Origin: Puniceicoccaceae bacterium
GTDB lineage: Bacteria; Verrucomicrobiota; Verrucomicrobiia; Opitutales; Oceanipulchritudinaceae
DNA length: 64,000 nt
Assembly (NCBI GenBank): GCA_040830765.1
Contig: JBFOMH010000017.1
Coordinates: 64,001 to 128,000, forward strand
Direction of reading: 5' to 3'
Shown here: positions 1 through 8,549 of the stretch, piece after piece
How the letters are laid out: each line of letters opens with the position of its first letter
Position numbering within the stretch: position 1 is the stretch's first letter
Program-made: the position numbers and the translations under genes
The notes under the pieces: model-generated
Told to the model about the DNA's origin: nothing
The model's input: only the letters and a program-made list of their open reading frames with translations
Databases searched by the model: none

Positions 1-2
1 GC

Positions 3-119
3 TTCAATATCGGGCTCTTCAACGATCCATCAGCACTTAACCGCTGGGCCCAGTCCCTTGAGGGAGAAACGGTCATCCTGGATGTATTAAAACGCAACCG
101 TCACGAATTCCAGGCATGA
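3..119 (+). CDS. C-terminal fragment of probable phage tape measure protein (partial)
   Basis: Open frame FNIGLFNDPSALNRWAQSLEGETVILDVLKRNRHEFQA*. It overlaps the next gene by ATGA and sits immediately before the Dit/hub gene. Confidence 0.6.
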   Translation, partial: FNIGLFNDPSALNRWAQSLEGETVILDVLKRNRHEFQA

Positions 120-2170
120 TTTCCTCCACTGACACAATCCTGAATGAATCCTGCTGGATTCTTCCCTTTGAACCGGACTGGCAAAAAGGGGTCGAAACCC
201 GCTTCACAATTCCCACCGGTTCGGAGAGGGGACTTACCGGGCGTGAGAGTCGCCAGGCCTATGCCTCGAAGCTTCGCTGTGAGATGGAATTCAGCAGTCT
301 CCTCACACCAGCGGAAGTCGCAGACCTTCGCAACGTGATGCAGTGTAATGACTTTGCCACTACACCAGTCTGGTTTCCCTTCTGGCCGGGACAGTGGCGA
401 TTTGAACCGGGCTATGGGAACCGCTTTTCTTCCGCACAGGCGGTAGTAAGGATCAGCAATACAGATGCTTCCCTGCAAACGGATCCTGAAAACCTGGTCG
501 GGCCATATCCGGCTTACACATGGATTGTCCCGGCTTTAAGGGGATTCTTTGTGGAGCCCCCCTCCATCAATGCCATTGGCAGCAACCTGTACCAGGTAAA
601 ATTCCGGCTTCGCGAGGATGGTCCACCCGAACTGGCCCTGCAGGTCAATGCATCCGCCTTTACGGCTGGTCCTCAAATATCCGGCAGGGATTACAACATC
701 TTCCCCTTTAACCCGAATTGGACTGGCAGGATTCAAACCGGTTCTGCTGTTATCGAAACAGATGGCAAGGAGATCGGCTTCAACCGGGAACAGGCTTTAG
801 CTGTCTATCCCCAGTTACCGGAACGCCCCCTTCGGTTTGACCTGTCACTGCACTCCAACCAGGAGGGCGCGGACTTGATTGGTTTTTACTCCAACATGGA
901 GGGCAATTCCGGACCATTCTGGTGCCCAACCTGGGTTTCCGAAGCCCCGTTGGTCAGCGATGCCCCAAGTGGAGCCTCCTCGCTAGTAGTATCCAATGGT
1001 CTCGGGATTGGGGACAACGGATACATCGCTGTGGTGGACCAGTTGGGGGAGACTGAGGTGAAGGCGGTTTCCTCGAAGACGGATGAAGCAATAATGCTGG
1101 ATGGATCTTTGGATGGAGTCCATTCACGGGATACCAGCTATCTCACAACGGCAGCACTGGCACGGTTCAACCGGTCCGGCCTTACCCTGAACTGGAATTC
1201 CCCGGAAGAAATAAAAGCTTCTGTCCAGGTTAGGGAAGTCGCCTATGACTACTATTCCCCGACTGGAGAAGTACATGGGGAATCGATTGGGGCACTGGAT
1301 AAGATCTGTTTCCTGTACCGGTTCTCGATTTGCTATCCATCCACTACCAAGGCATGGCATTTTACCTCTTTCGAGGAAGAGCTGTCCTTTGATGACGAGA
1401 CCTGGAGCCCCAAGCCGGTTGAACACGGGGATATCCGTGAGACCCTGAATCTGGAGCGCAATGAGGTACGCCTGCAAACACGGGCATTCACCGACAATCC
1501 CCTGCTTAAATTCATTCCCTTCCGGCTGGAATTCCCACTGAAGCTGGAAATCTTTGAAGCGCAGCTTTTGCCAAACAGCGTTACGCCAACTGGGCAAAGG
1601 CGGATCTTCTCAGGAGAAGTCACCCGTGTATCCTTCGATGGCCCTTTTATCACCGCAAGGGCGGTCACAGTGGGTAACATGTTTGAACGCAAGATTCCGC
1701 GGGTACTTCTGCAGCCAACCTGCAATTATGCGCTCTTCGATGGTGCCTGCGGGCTGAACAAGAACAGCTGGAAGTACAGTGGATTAGTTACTGCCGTTCT
1801 CGAAAACCCAACCCGCCTCCAATTGAGAACCCTGACACGGGTAAGCGGAACCTGGGTGCAACCGGATTCGCACTGGTTCGCCGGAGGCTGGGTTGAACTG
1901 GGATCAGGAGAAGAGTTCGAGAGCCGCTTCATTGCGGACGCGGATTCATACAACCCCACAGGTGAGGGATACATTGAAATAACCCTGTCCACGCCGCTTA
2001 ACCGCACACCTGCAATTGATGAGGAAATATTCCTCTTTCCCGGTTGTGATGGGAAGAAGGGAACCTGCTTAAGCAAGTTCAGTAACTACAACACATTCGG
2101 AGGCTTTCCCCATATGCCGGTGGGCAATCCATCCATGGTCAAGATGCCGGCCAATCGGAATATGAAATGA
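116..2170 (+). CDS. Phage distal-tail plus baseplate hub protein (DUF2163/BR0599 family C-terminal half)
   Basis: C-terminal motifs CNYALFDGACGL, WFAGG and PGCDGKKGTCLSKFSNYNTFGGFPHMP are typical of BR0599/GTA hub proteins. The N-terminal half is Dit-like. Confidence 0.85.
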   Translation: MISSTDTILNESCWILPFEPDWQKGVETRFTIPTGSERGLTGRESRQAYASKLRCEMEFSSLLTPAEVADLRNVMQCNDFATTPVWFPFWPGQWRFEPGYGNRFSSAQAVVRISNTDASLQTDPENLVGPYPAYTWIVPALRGFFVEPPSINAIGSNLYQVKFRLREDGPPELALQVNASAFTAGPQISGRDYNIFPFNPNWTGRIQTGSAVIETDGKEIGFNREQALAVYPQLPERPLRFDLSLHSNQEGADLIGFYSNMEGNSGPFWCPTWVSEAPLVSDAPSGASSLVVSNGLGIGDNGYIAVVDQLGETEVKAVSSKTDEAIMLDGSLDGVHSRDTSYLTTAALARFNRSGLTLNWNSPEEIKASVQVREVAYDYYSPTGEVHGESIGALDKICFLYRFSICYPSTTKAWHFTSFEEELSFDDETWSPKPVEHGDIRETLNLERNEVRLQTRAFTDNPLLKFIPFRLEFPLKLEIFEAQLLPNSVTPTGQRRIFSGEVTRVSFDGPFITARAVTVGNMFERKIPRVLLQPTCNYALFDGACGLNKNSWKYSGLVTAVLENPTRLQLRTLTRVSGTWVQPDSHWFAGGWVELGSGEEFESRFIADADSYNPTGEGYIEITLSTPLNRTPAIDEEIFLFPGCDGKKGTCLSKFSNYNTFGGFPHMPVGNPSMVKMPANRNMK

Positions 2171-2613
2171 AAACCTGGTTTCACAGTGAGGAGCGTATTG
2201 ATGCTTTGGAGAAGGAGGCTAATTCATGGTTGGGTACTCCCTTCCGGGCAAATGCCGCATTCAAGGGCTCTGGAGTTTGCTGCCACCTGTTTGTGGCGGA
2301 AGTGTTCATGAAGATCGGGGCGATAAAGCGTCAGGATTTTCCGCAAGCTGATCCCAACCATTCCATCAGCCAGTCGGAAAGCCTGATAGAACCCTTCATG
2401 GCAGCAATGCCGGGCTTTGTAGAAGTCGAGGGACCACCGATGCCGGGAGATGTACTGGGCTTCAAAATAGGAGGGTGTACTCATCATATTTCTATCGTCC
2501 TTCCACACGAGGAAATGATCCATGCGGTACGCCGTCACGGGGTAATGATCAACCGCTGGGATGATCCAATGTGGGAGCGCCGGTTGACGCGTATCTGGAG
2601 GTTACAGGCATGA
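2167..2613 (+). CDS. Phage tail NlpC/P60-family peptidase
   Basis: WLGTPF...KGSGVCC, PGDVLGF, HISI and IHA motifs, in the standard position after the hub gene. Confidence 0.85.
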   Translation: MKTWFHSEERIDALEKEANSWLGTPFRANAAFKGSGVCCHLFVAEVFMKIGAIKRQDFPQADPNHSISQSESLIEPFMAAMPGFVEVEGPPMPGDVLGFKIGGCTHHISIVLPHEEMIHAVRRHGVMINRWDDPMWERRLTRIWRLQA

Positions 2614-2801
2614 GCTTTGGAAACCGAAATAGCATCCCGGATCCCGAACCCGAAATCGGAGGCATCGAGGAGGAAACCCTTTCCAACTCCCAGGAATCGG
2701 TCCCGCTTCCCCTGCATACCGGTACACGCAAGCTCGCCATTCGCTGGATCACCCCCATCTACAACCAAAAAGCAATCCAGAAGGAGGAGAAAGCCAAATG
2801 A
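2610..2801 (+). CDS. Small tail protein resembling the N-terminus of a central tail (J-like) protein
   Basis: 63 aa from ATG 2610, with ATGA overlaps on both sides; SNSQESVPLPLHTGTRKL motif. Confidence 0.65.
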   Translation: MSFGNRNSIPDPEPEIGGIEEETLSNSQESVPLPLHTGTRKLAIRWITPIYNQKAIQKEEKAK

Positions 2802-5284
2802 GTGCGGGTGGTGGCAGTATCAAGTACTGGGAGTATCAGGGATCCCTTGCAGGAGTCATCTGTAATGGACCAGTCGATACGCTGGAGGAAATTATTGTCG
2901 ACGGGGAGACCGCGTGGAAGGGTCCATTGCACAGGGGCAGCTCCACCAACTATTCCACAATCACTTTGGATTCGAGGAGGGTTGTCCGGTTCTATTGGGG
3001 GACTGAGATCCAATCCGTGGATCCGCTGTTGATTTCAGGCGGAAATAACTATTCCCAAAGCCATCCCGCTTACAAGGGAGTGTGCTACATTGTGTTGGTG
3101 GATTTCTTCTTTGGCAGGGAACGCACCAGTGCGCCGAATGTGGAAGTAATTGTCAGTCGAAAGCCTGCGCAGGATGTTTTATCGGGAACTGTGGCAGCAC
3201 TTTCAGATGGTCAGGCTTCTCCCTTGTGTTCGCTTGCTGATTTCTTTACGCATCCGCGCTATGCACTTGGACTATCCCCGTCCTGCTTCGATTCAGTTTC
3301 GTGGGGGAGTGCAGCGGATCAACTTTACCAGGGCGCAATGCAGGCCAATACCTATGTATCCGCACTTCTAAACCAGCAGGTGCCGGCTCGGAAAGCCGCA
3401 GCAGAAATGTTCCTCAATGCGGACCTGTGGCTGAGGTTCAATCCAGAGATTGATAAAATCGAGGCAGGACTCTTTCCACATGATCCATCGATGGATGTCA
3501 GTGGCTTACCACTTCTGACAGCGGATGATCTCACGGAGCGCCCCCGGTTCGACGGTGGAGGATGGGGTGAGAGTGAAACGGGTTGGGCGATCACCTTCAC
3601 GGACCGGGATCGTGGATTCAAGGAGACTACTGAGAAGCATGACGACTTAAGGGCATTACGCATTGTAGGTGATCATCGCCGGGCAACTCTCAAGCGTCCC
3701 TGGATAATGAGGCGCAAGCAGGCTTTCTTTCATGTTACCGAATACGGAAAAGCAAAGGGGCAGCCCGTTATTACGGGAGAGTTGAGCGTTCGTAGGGCAA
3801 GAGGGATGGATATCCGTCCCGGAGATTTGATTCGTGTGGATATGGATCCGGAACCCGGAGGCATGCAATTGCAGCAGGTATGCCGGGTAAAGGAGCGGAC
3901 CATTCCACAGACAGGTCCCATCAAACTCAGCCTTGAAGTGGAAACAGGAATTTCACCGGTTGTCTATATCCCCGAAGCTGATTTGCCCGATGCTCCACAA
4001 TCATCGGAACCACCGGAAGTCACCAATCACCGCATCTTTGAAATGCCAGCCCCTCTGGCTTCCTCAAGTAATGAAGTGGGTGTGCTGGCCAGGCGTCCCC
4101 ATGGAATGGTCACCGGAATCAATGTCTACTATGACAGTGCGCAAACCGGCTCTTTCCAGCTCCTCGGTGTCCAGGAGGAATTTGCACTCTGGGGACAACC
4201 CTCGGAAGGGTGGTCAGCGGACGATGATGGACCGTTTGAAGTGGAGATTTACTCATCCGTTGATCGTGACCTGTTAATTGATGATGATCCCGGCCCCACC
4301 GCTGCAAGGGATAACCAGTTGCTGATGGTATGCCTGCAAATCGACGAGAACGGCAACATTGCCCAGGACGCAAACGGCCTCGCCATAATGGAAATCCTCT
4401 CAATCGAGTCCTTTGTTCAAACAGGCCATGAGACCTATGCTGTCACAGCCTACCGGGAGCGCTACGGAACAAAGAAGAACTCCTTCTGGCATGGCGCCAG
4501 TGAATGCTGGATCATTCCGTCCTTTGGACTGAAGGGATTTGTGCACCGGGATTTCGCATCGCTCCAAGCACAAGAGCGGGGAGGATATTTCCGCCTCCAG
4601 CCATTCAACATGTTCTCCCAGCGTGAGCTCTCTTCATGCGCGGACATTCCCTTCTCATTTCCGGTAGCGGCTGCCTATGCTCCGCAGGTCAGCTTTACGA
4701 CACCGGCAAGCTCAAGCCTGCAGTACGCGACTCCTCCCGGATTCGTTGAATTTGCGGGAGATGTGGTCGATGCTGACGGTAACCTGACCACGTTCTCCAT
4801 GATCTTAAGGGCATCGGATGGAAGTGAGCTAACACTCGCAACAGTTCCATTGAACCAGACTGGATATTTCCATTTCGAGCAGACTGTGGATTTGAGCCTG
4901 CCAGGTGTATTCACAGTTATCGCTCGTGCCCAGGATAGCTCTGGGGCCGTATCAGAGGCCCAGATCACAATCGAGAACGGTCAGCCGGCAGGTAAGGTGG
5001 CGACTCCGCTGATTAGCCCGAATGGTGGCGACATCCTGAGGCCTCAAACTGTATCTATCTCCTGTTCCACTCCTGACTCTCAAATTGAGTACAAGATTGG
5101 CCCAATAGGCATGCCATCCACAACGGGTTCCTATACCCCATATACTGATCCTTTCCTGATTGATCCAATGATGCGGGTATGGGCAAGGGCTACGGCCAGC
5201 GGGTTGACAGATTCGGATTATGCAAGGGCGGATTTCTACCTCGATGATATCTACAATGACGGAAAGCAGTACATAATCCCATGA
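2798..5284 (+). CDS. Phage central tail/host-specificity protein with C-terminal Ig-like and Fn3-associated (CHB_HEX_C-like) domains
   Basis: ICNGPVD, FYWGTEIQSVDP, HPAYKGVCY, PNVEV and IRPGDLI motifs; C-terminal VATPLISPNGG...YTDPF...VWARA; strong AAGGAGG SD. Confidence 0.8.
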   Translation: MSAGGGSIKYWEYQGSLAGVICNGPVDTLEEIIVDGETAWKGPLHRGSSTNYSTITLDSRRVVRFYWGTEIQSVDPLLISGGNNYSQSHPAYKGVCYIVLVDFFFGRERTSAPNVEVIVSRKPAQDVLSGTVAALSDGQASPLCSLADFFTHPRYALGLSPSCFDSVSWGSAADQLYQGAMQANTYVSALLNQQVPARKAAAEMFLNADLWLRFNPEIDKIEAGLFPHDPSMDVSGLPLLTADDLTERPRFDGGGWGESETGWAITFTDRDRGFKETTEKHDDLRALRIVGDHRRATLKRPWIMRRKQAFFHVTEYGKAKGQPVITGELSVRRARGMDIRPGDLIRVDMDPEPGGMQLQQVCRVKERTIPQTGPIKLSLEVETGISPVVYIPEADLPDAPQSSEPPEVTNHRIFEMPAPLASSSNEVGVLARRPHGMVTGINVYYDSAQTGSFQLLGVQEEFALWGQPSEGWSADDDGPFEVEIYSSVDRDLLIDDDPGPTAARDNQLLMVCLQIDENGNIAQDANGLAIMEILSIESFVQTGHETYAVTAYRERYGTKKNSFWHGASECWIIPSFGLKGFVHRDFASLQAQERGGYFRLQPFNMFSQRELSSCADIPFSFPVAAAYAPQVSFTTPASSSLQYATPPGFVEFAGDVVDADGNLTTFSMILRASDGSELTLATVPLNQTGYFHFEQTVDLSLPGVFTVIARAQDSSGAVSEAQITIENGQPAGKVATPLISPNGGDILRPQTVSISCSTPDSQIEYKIGPIGMPSTTGSYTPYTDPFLIDPMMRVWARATASGLTDSDYARADFYLDDIYNDGKQYIIP

Positions 5285-5709
5285 TCCCCACTGAAATCAT
5301 AACCTTTACCGCGGCCACTGCCATTGGTGCCTGGATAAAGCTCAAGTCCAAGCAGATGGAGGTGCAAAAGCACAATGCGGACCTTTGGGCTCAGAAAGCC
5401 GGGGTAATCATGGATGACCGCACCCGTGCCCGGGAGTTTGTACCGCCGGGTGGTCCATGGGTGAGGCGGCTGATTGTGATCTCCGTTCTCTTCGCAGTGT
5501 TCATCGCGCCGTTCATCCTGGCCGCCTTCTTCCCCCAGACTCCGGTGTTCTTCGCCTATGCTGAGAAGAGCAGGGGATTTTTGTTCCTGCTAGAGTCTTT
5601 GGACCAGATGCAGTTCCAAGAGATGAGCGGTTATGTGATCCTCCCTGTCCACACGCAGATGGCGGCGGCGATTAGTGGATTTTATTTTGGGGGTGGTTTG
5701 GCGAAGTAG
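5281..5709 (+). CDS. Putative holin-like phage membrane protein
   Basis: 142 aa with 2-3 hydrophobic segments, WVRRLI and C-terminal GFYFG; last gene of the tail operon. Confidence 0.55.
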   Translation: MIPTEIITFTAATAIGAWIKLKSKQMEVQKHNADLWAQKAGVIMDDRTRAREFVPPGGPWVRRLIVISVLFAVFIAPFILAAFFPQTPVFFAYAEKSRGFLFLLESLDQMQFQEMSGYVILPVHTQMAAAISGFYFGGGLAK

Positions 5710-5793
5710 ATTGGTTGTTCCACCTACTTGCTGCATTTTCCACTAAGAGGAGATTGTCATGGATGGGTTGAGAATACTAAAATCCATGGGCAC

Positions 5794-7014
5794 ATGGATA
5801 AGTCCGAATCCATCATCTTCCACAGGATCCTTAACTTGGGTCAACTGACCGCTATGCGCGAGTGGATTAAGGCCGGTAAACAGCTTCATGAGAATAAGGG
5901 GAGAAACCACAGGCGTGCGAAGAGTGCACTGGAAATAGCAGTACGATCAGGTTTCCATGGCATGGTGGAAATGCTCCTGGAGGAGGCTAAGTGGAGCGAT
6001 GAGGATTTGAATACCTCACTGTATATAGCTGGGACAGAGGAGAGGGCGGACCTGATGAACCTGCTGCTCGACCATGGGGCACCAGCAGAGTGTGCATCAC
6101 CAAGTGATGTTTTGTGCACAATGGATTTTGAGCTGATTAATCGCTTCATGAAACTGGGGATGGATCTGACTGAGGAGGATGCGTTCTATGATGCATTGGA
6201 TACCAAGCGGGCACGACCACTTCTAAGATTGTATAAGGCAAACCGCGAGAAGTACCCGGAGCTGGAAGTGCAGATTGCCAAGGCCCTTGTCAGCGCAGTA
6301 GAGAAAAAGAAGGTTAAGTGGGCAATCCTGCTTCTTTGGGCCGGTGCAGATCCCACTCTGGAAGTATCACTGCATCATTATGGGCCGCTTGAAAAAGACG
6401 GATGGGGAACCACGGCAATGGAGGAAGCCTACCAGCATGCAGACCTGGAGTATATCCGTGCACTGAAGCTGGATAGATATCCTGTTAACCTTGATAAAAT
6501 TCTGTGGTACCAGTCCATCGATCCGAAATTGGATGTCATTGAGGATCTCTTGAAGGAAGCGAAGCCTCAAGATTTGAATACCAAGGCGAACAATTCAAGT
6601 GCGGCTCTGGAGTCATTTGTATCGTATGAACAGTATTCCTGGAGCCACGACTGGTATCCGAAGGAAAAAGCAAAAAGGAGGATCAAGGCGATTGATATGA
6701 TCTTGAAGGCTGGTGGAAGATGGGATCCGGACAAGGATGATTTTCGGCATGACAGGTCCGGTCTGGCATCGAACGGGAAGGAGCATGTTGTCCAGGTTGT
6801 CCGGTTGCTGATGTACACACCGGGTGCTGCACCATTTGAAAAGATATGGGAGCTATGTCGTACCCCGAAACTAACTGATATGATCCGCACAGCCGACATG
6901 AAGTTGTGGTGGGAGTTGAAGGACAAGGTGAAAGCCATAGATCCCAAGGCAGCTACCAGCGGGAAGTCCTTATTGCCCCGATCGCCTCGAGAATTTCGTT
7001 CACATCATGAGTGA
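5794..7014 (+). CDS. Ankyrin-repeat-containing protein
   Basis: SALEIAVRSGFHGMVEMLL, LMNLLLDHGA and LLLWAGADP motifs; ATG 5794 preferred over TTG 5728. Confidence 0.7.
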   Translation: MDKSESIIFHRILNLGQLTAMREWIKAGKQLHENKGRNHRRAKSALEIAVRSGFHGMVEMLLEEAKWSDEDLNTSLYIAGTEERADLMNLLLDHGAPAECASPSDVLCTMDFELINRFMKLGMDLTEEDAFYDALDTKRARPLLRLYKANREKYPELEVQIAKALVSAVEKKKVKWAILLLWAGADPTLEVSLHHYGPLEKDGWGTTAMEEAYQHADLEYIRALKLDRYPVNLDKILWYQSIDPKLDVIEDLLKEAKPQDLNTKANNSSAALESFVSYEQYSWSHDWYPKEKAKRRIKAIDMILKAGGRWDPDKDDFRHDRSGLASNGKEHVVQVVRLLMYTPGAAPFEKIWELCRTPKLTDMIRTADMKLWWELKDKVKAIDPKAATSGKSLLPRSPREFRSHHE

Positions 7015-8197
7015 CACCCAGCCTTGGTTCACATTCAGGGTAGGGGCCTCCCATCTCGATTGCGTCAGGATCAAATCCACCGTCAATTTCTGGATCGGGA
7101 TAGCAGCATAAAAGCGGATCCATCTTGCAGGCGACATTTCTTGCCCAGAATAGCCACTGATACCTTTCTTCTGTGATGTCAGGACTCCACCGGTCCTCTA
7201 CCTCCTGCGCAAAGCGCATGATCCGTTCGCTCTCTTCCCAGAGCCTTGCTGCGCGAACAAGAGTGCGTTCCCGGGCAATCAATGCCTCCTTGATCATGCC
7301 CATATGTTCGCGGATGCGCTGTTGTTCCCTGTATCGCTTTTCCGCTTCCTCACGTTCCTTCTCCCTGCGGATTTCTGCTAGGCGCCGTTCCTCCATGTCA
7401 GTTAGTACCTCGTCAATGCGCTGGACGACCTCAGGAACAAATTCAATCAGGGTTTTCCTCTTACCTTCCTTCCAGCTCTTCCGGCCCCAGAACCTGTGAG
7501 AGCTTTCCAGATGAACCCGCATCTTACCTGTAGGCACCCAGATCCGCAGATCCCACTCCCAGCTGGGAGTGCGCTTCTCTTCCTCGGTGGGTTCACGTTC
7601 TTGACGTTCGATCAATTCCTCAATGAAGAGACCAACATCGAAGCCATCGCGCTTCATGAGCAGTTCACCGGTGTCAAGATCACGACCAAGCTTTATGCCC
7701 AGGTCCTGCACCGCGTAAAACACCTGGCTCAAGAATTCTGCCAACCTTTCTCCACATTCCAAACTAACTAGAATCCTGGGAAGATCCACCCGGCTCATTT
7801 CAGATAGACCATTTTTATCAACCTTTGCATTTGGAAGCATTTTCAAGAATCGGGCTGCCAGCGGATGGGTCTTCTCTTTCGCTTTTTCCACTGATGGAGC
7901 GATCTGGGCTAGACCCTCCCGCTTAACCTGAACTGCTTCCTCGGCTCTCTTGCGCCTATCTTTGTTGAGCCCAATGTCGATAGAGATGTCCACATTCTCA
8001 CCTTTGGGCAGCGGTTCTCTCTTCAACTTATGCCCTGCTGCAAGCTTGGCCCAATATCCCCTGGGAGGTCGGGGAATATCGTGCTTTCTGCAGATTTTAG
8101 CCAACCCAACATCCGATAGGCCGTATTCCTTGGACAATTTGGTGATAGGTGTAGACCAGATTCTCTTATAAAGGGATTTTCTGGAAATAGTCTTCAT
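6953..8197 (-). CDS. MGE-associated hypothetical protein with N-terminal HTH-like domain and coiled coil
   Basis: SRKSLYKRIWSTPITKLSKEYGLSDVGLAKICRKHDIPRPPRGYWAK N-terminus; AGGAGG SD before ATG 8197. Confidence 0.7.
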   Translation of the reverse strand: MKTISRKSLYKRIWSTPITKLSKEYGLSDVGLAKICRKHDIPRPPRGYWAKLAAGHKLKREPLPKGENVDISIDIGLNKDRRKRAEEAVQVKREGLAQIAPSVEKAKEKTHPLAARFLKMLPNAKVDKNGLSEMSRVDLPRILVSLECGERLAEFLSQVFYAVQDLGIKLGRDLDTGELLMKRDGFDVGLFIEELIERQEREPTEEEKRTPSWEWDLRIWVPTGKMRVHLESSHRFWGRKSWKEGKRKTLIEFVPEVVQRIDEVLTDMEERRLAEIRREKEREEAEKRYREQQRIREHMGMIKEALIARERTLVRAARLWEESERIMRFAQEVEDRWSPDITEERYQWLFWARNVACKMDPLLCCYPDPEIDGGFDPDAIEMGGPYPECEPRLGVTHDVNEILEAIGAIRTSRW

Positions 8198-8373
8198 AGT
8201 CCGCCTCCTTAGTTCGTGCGGACTTACCATATCACCGTGATCTATGTGTGTGAAGCAGGGAATTGAAACGTCAGCGCAGAAGTGTTTGTTCGATCTTTAC
8301 CGGTCCATACCCAAATGGCGACGTTGGTCAGTGGATTCATCGTAGGGGGTTGGCTGACTATGTAGGACCAAAT

Positions 8374-8469
8374 GTCCCTCAGCAGACCGGTCGGTTTGAG
8401 AGACATCCGGATTTTTTCATTTCCCACAAACGGTCTGAGAGGCATCTGGATTTTTTCATTTTCCACAAA
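8374..8469. repeat. 57-bp dispersed repeat (copy 1) whose last 39 bp are tandemly duplicated; probable IS end
   Basis: 8392-8430 and 8431-8469 match at 35/39; 8374-8430 closely matches 24766-24821. Confidence 0.85.
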
Positions 8470-8489
8470 GCATTTTTGATCCACCTATA

Positions 8490-8510
8490 AACCTGTAATA
8501 TAGCTTGACA
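8490..8510 (+). promoter_or_regulatory. Putative FadR/GntR operator overlapping a TTGACA -35
   Basis: AACCTGTAATATAGCTT, a variant of the palindrome at 12371, upstream of the SSS gene. Confidence 0.6.
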
Positions 8511-8549
8511 GGAAGGTCGATACTGTAGAAGAGTCTTCTAGCAATTGAA

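Noticed and set aside
8258..8269. GGGAATTGAAAC resembling a CRISPR repeat 3' end
   Set aside because: Single occurrence, no spacer periodicity and no cas genes. The nearby 39-bp repeats are adjacent with no spacers.
8242..8490. Short ORFs 8242-8484 (-) and 8263-8490 (+)
   Set aside because: They run through the DNA repeat and have no recognisable motifs.
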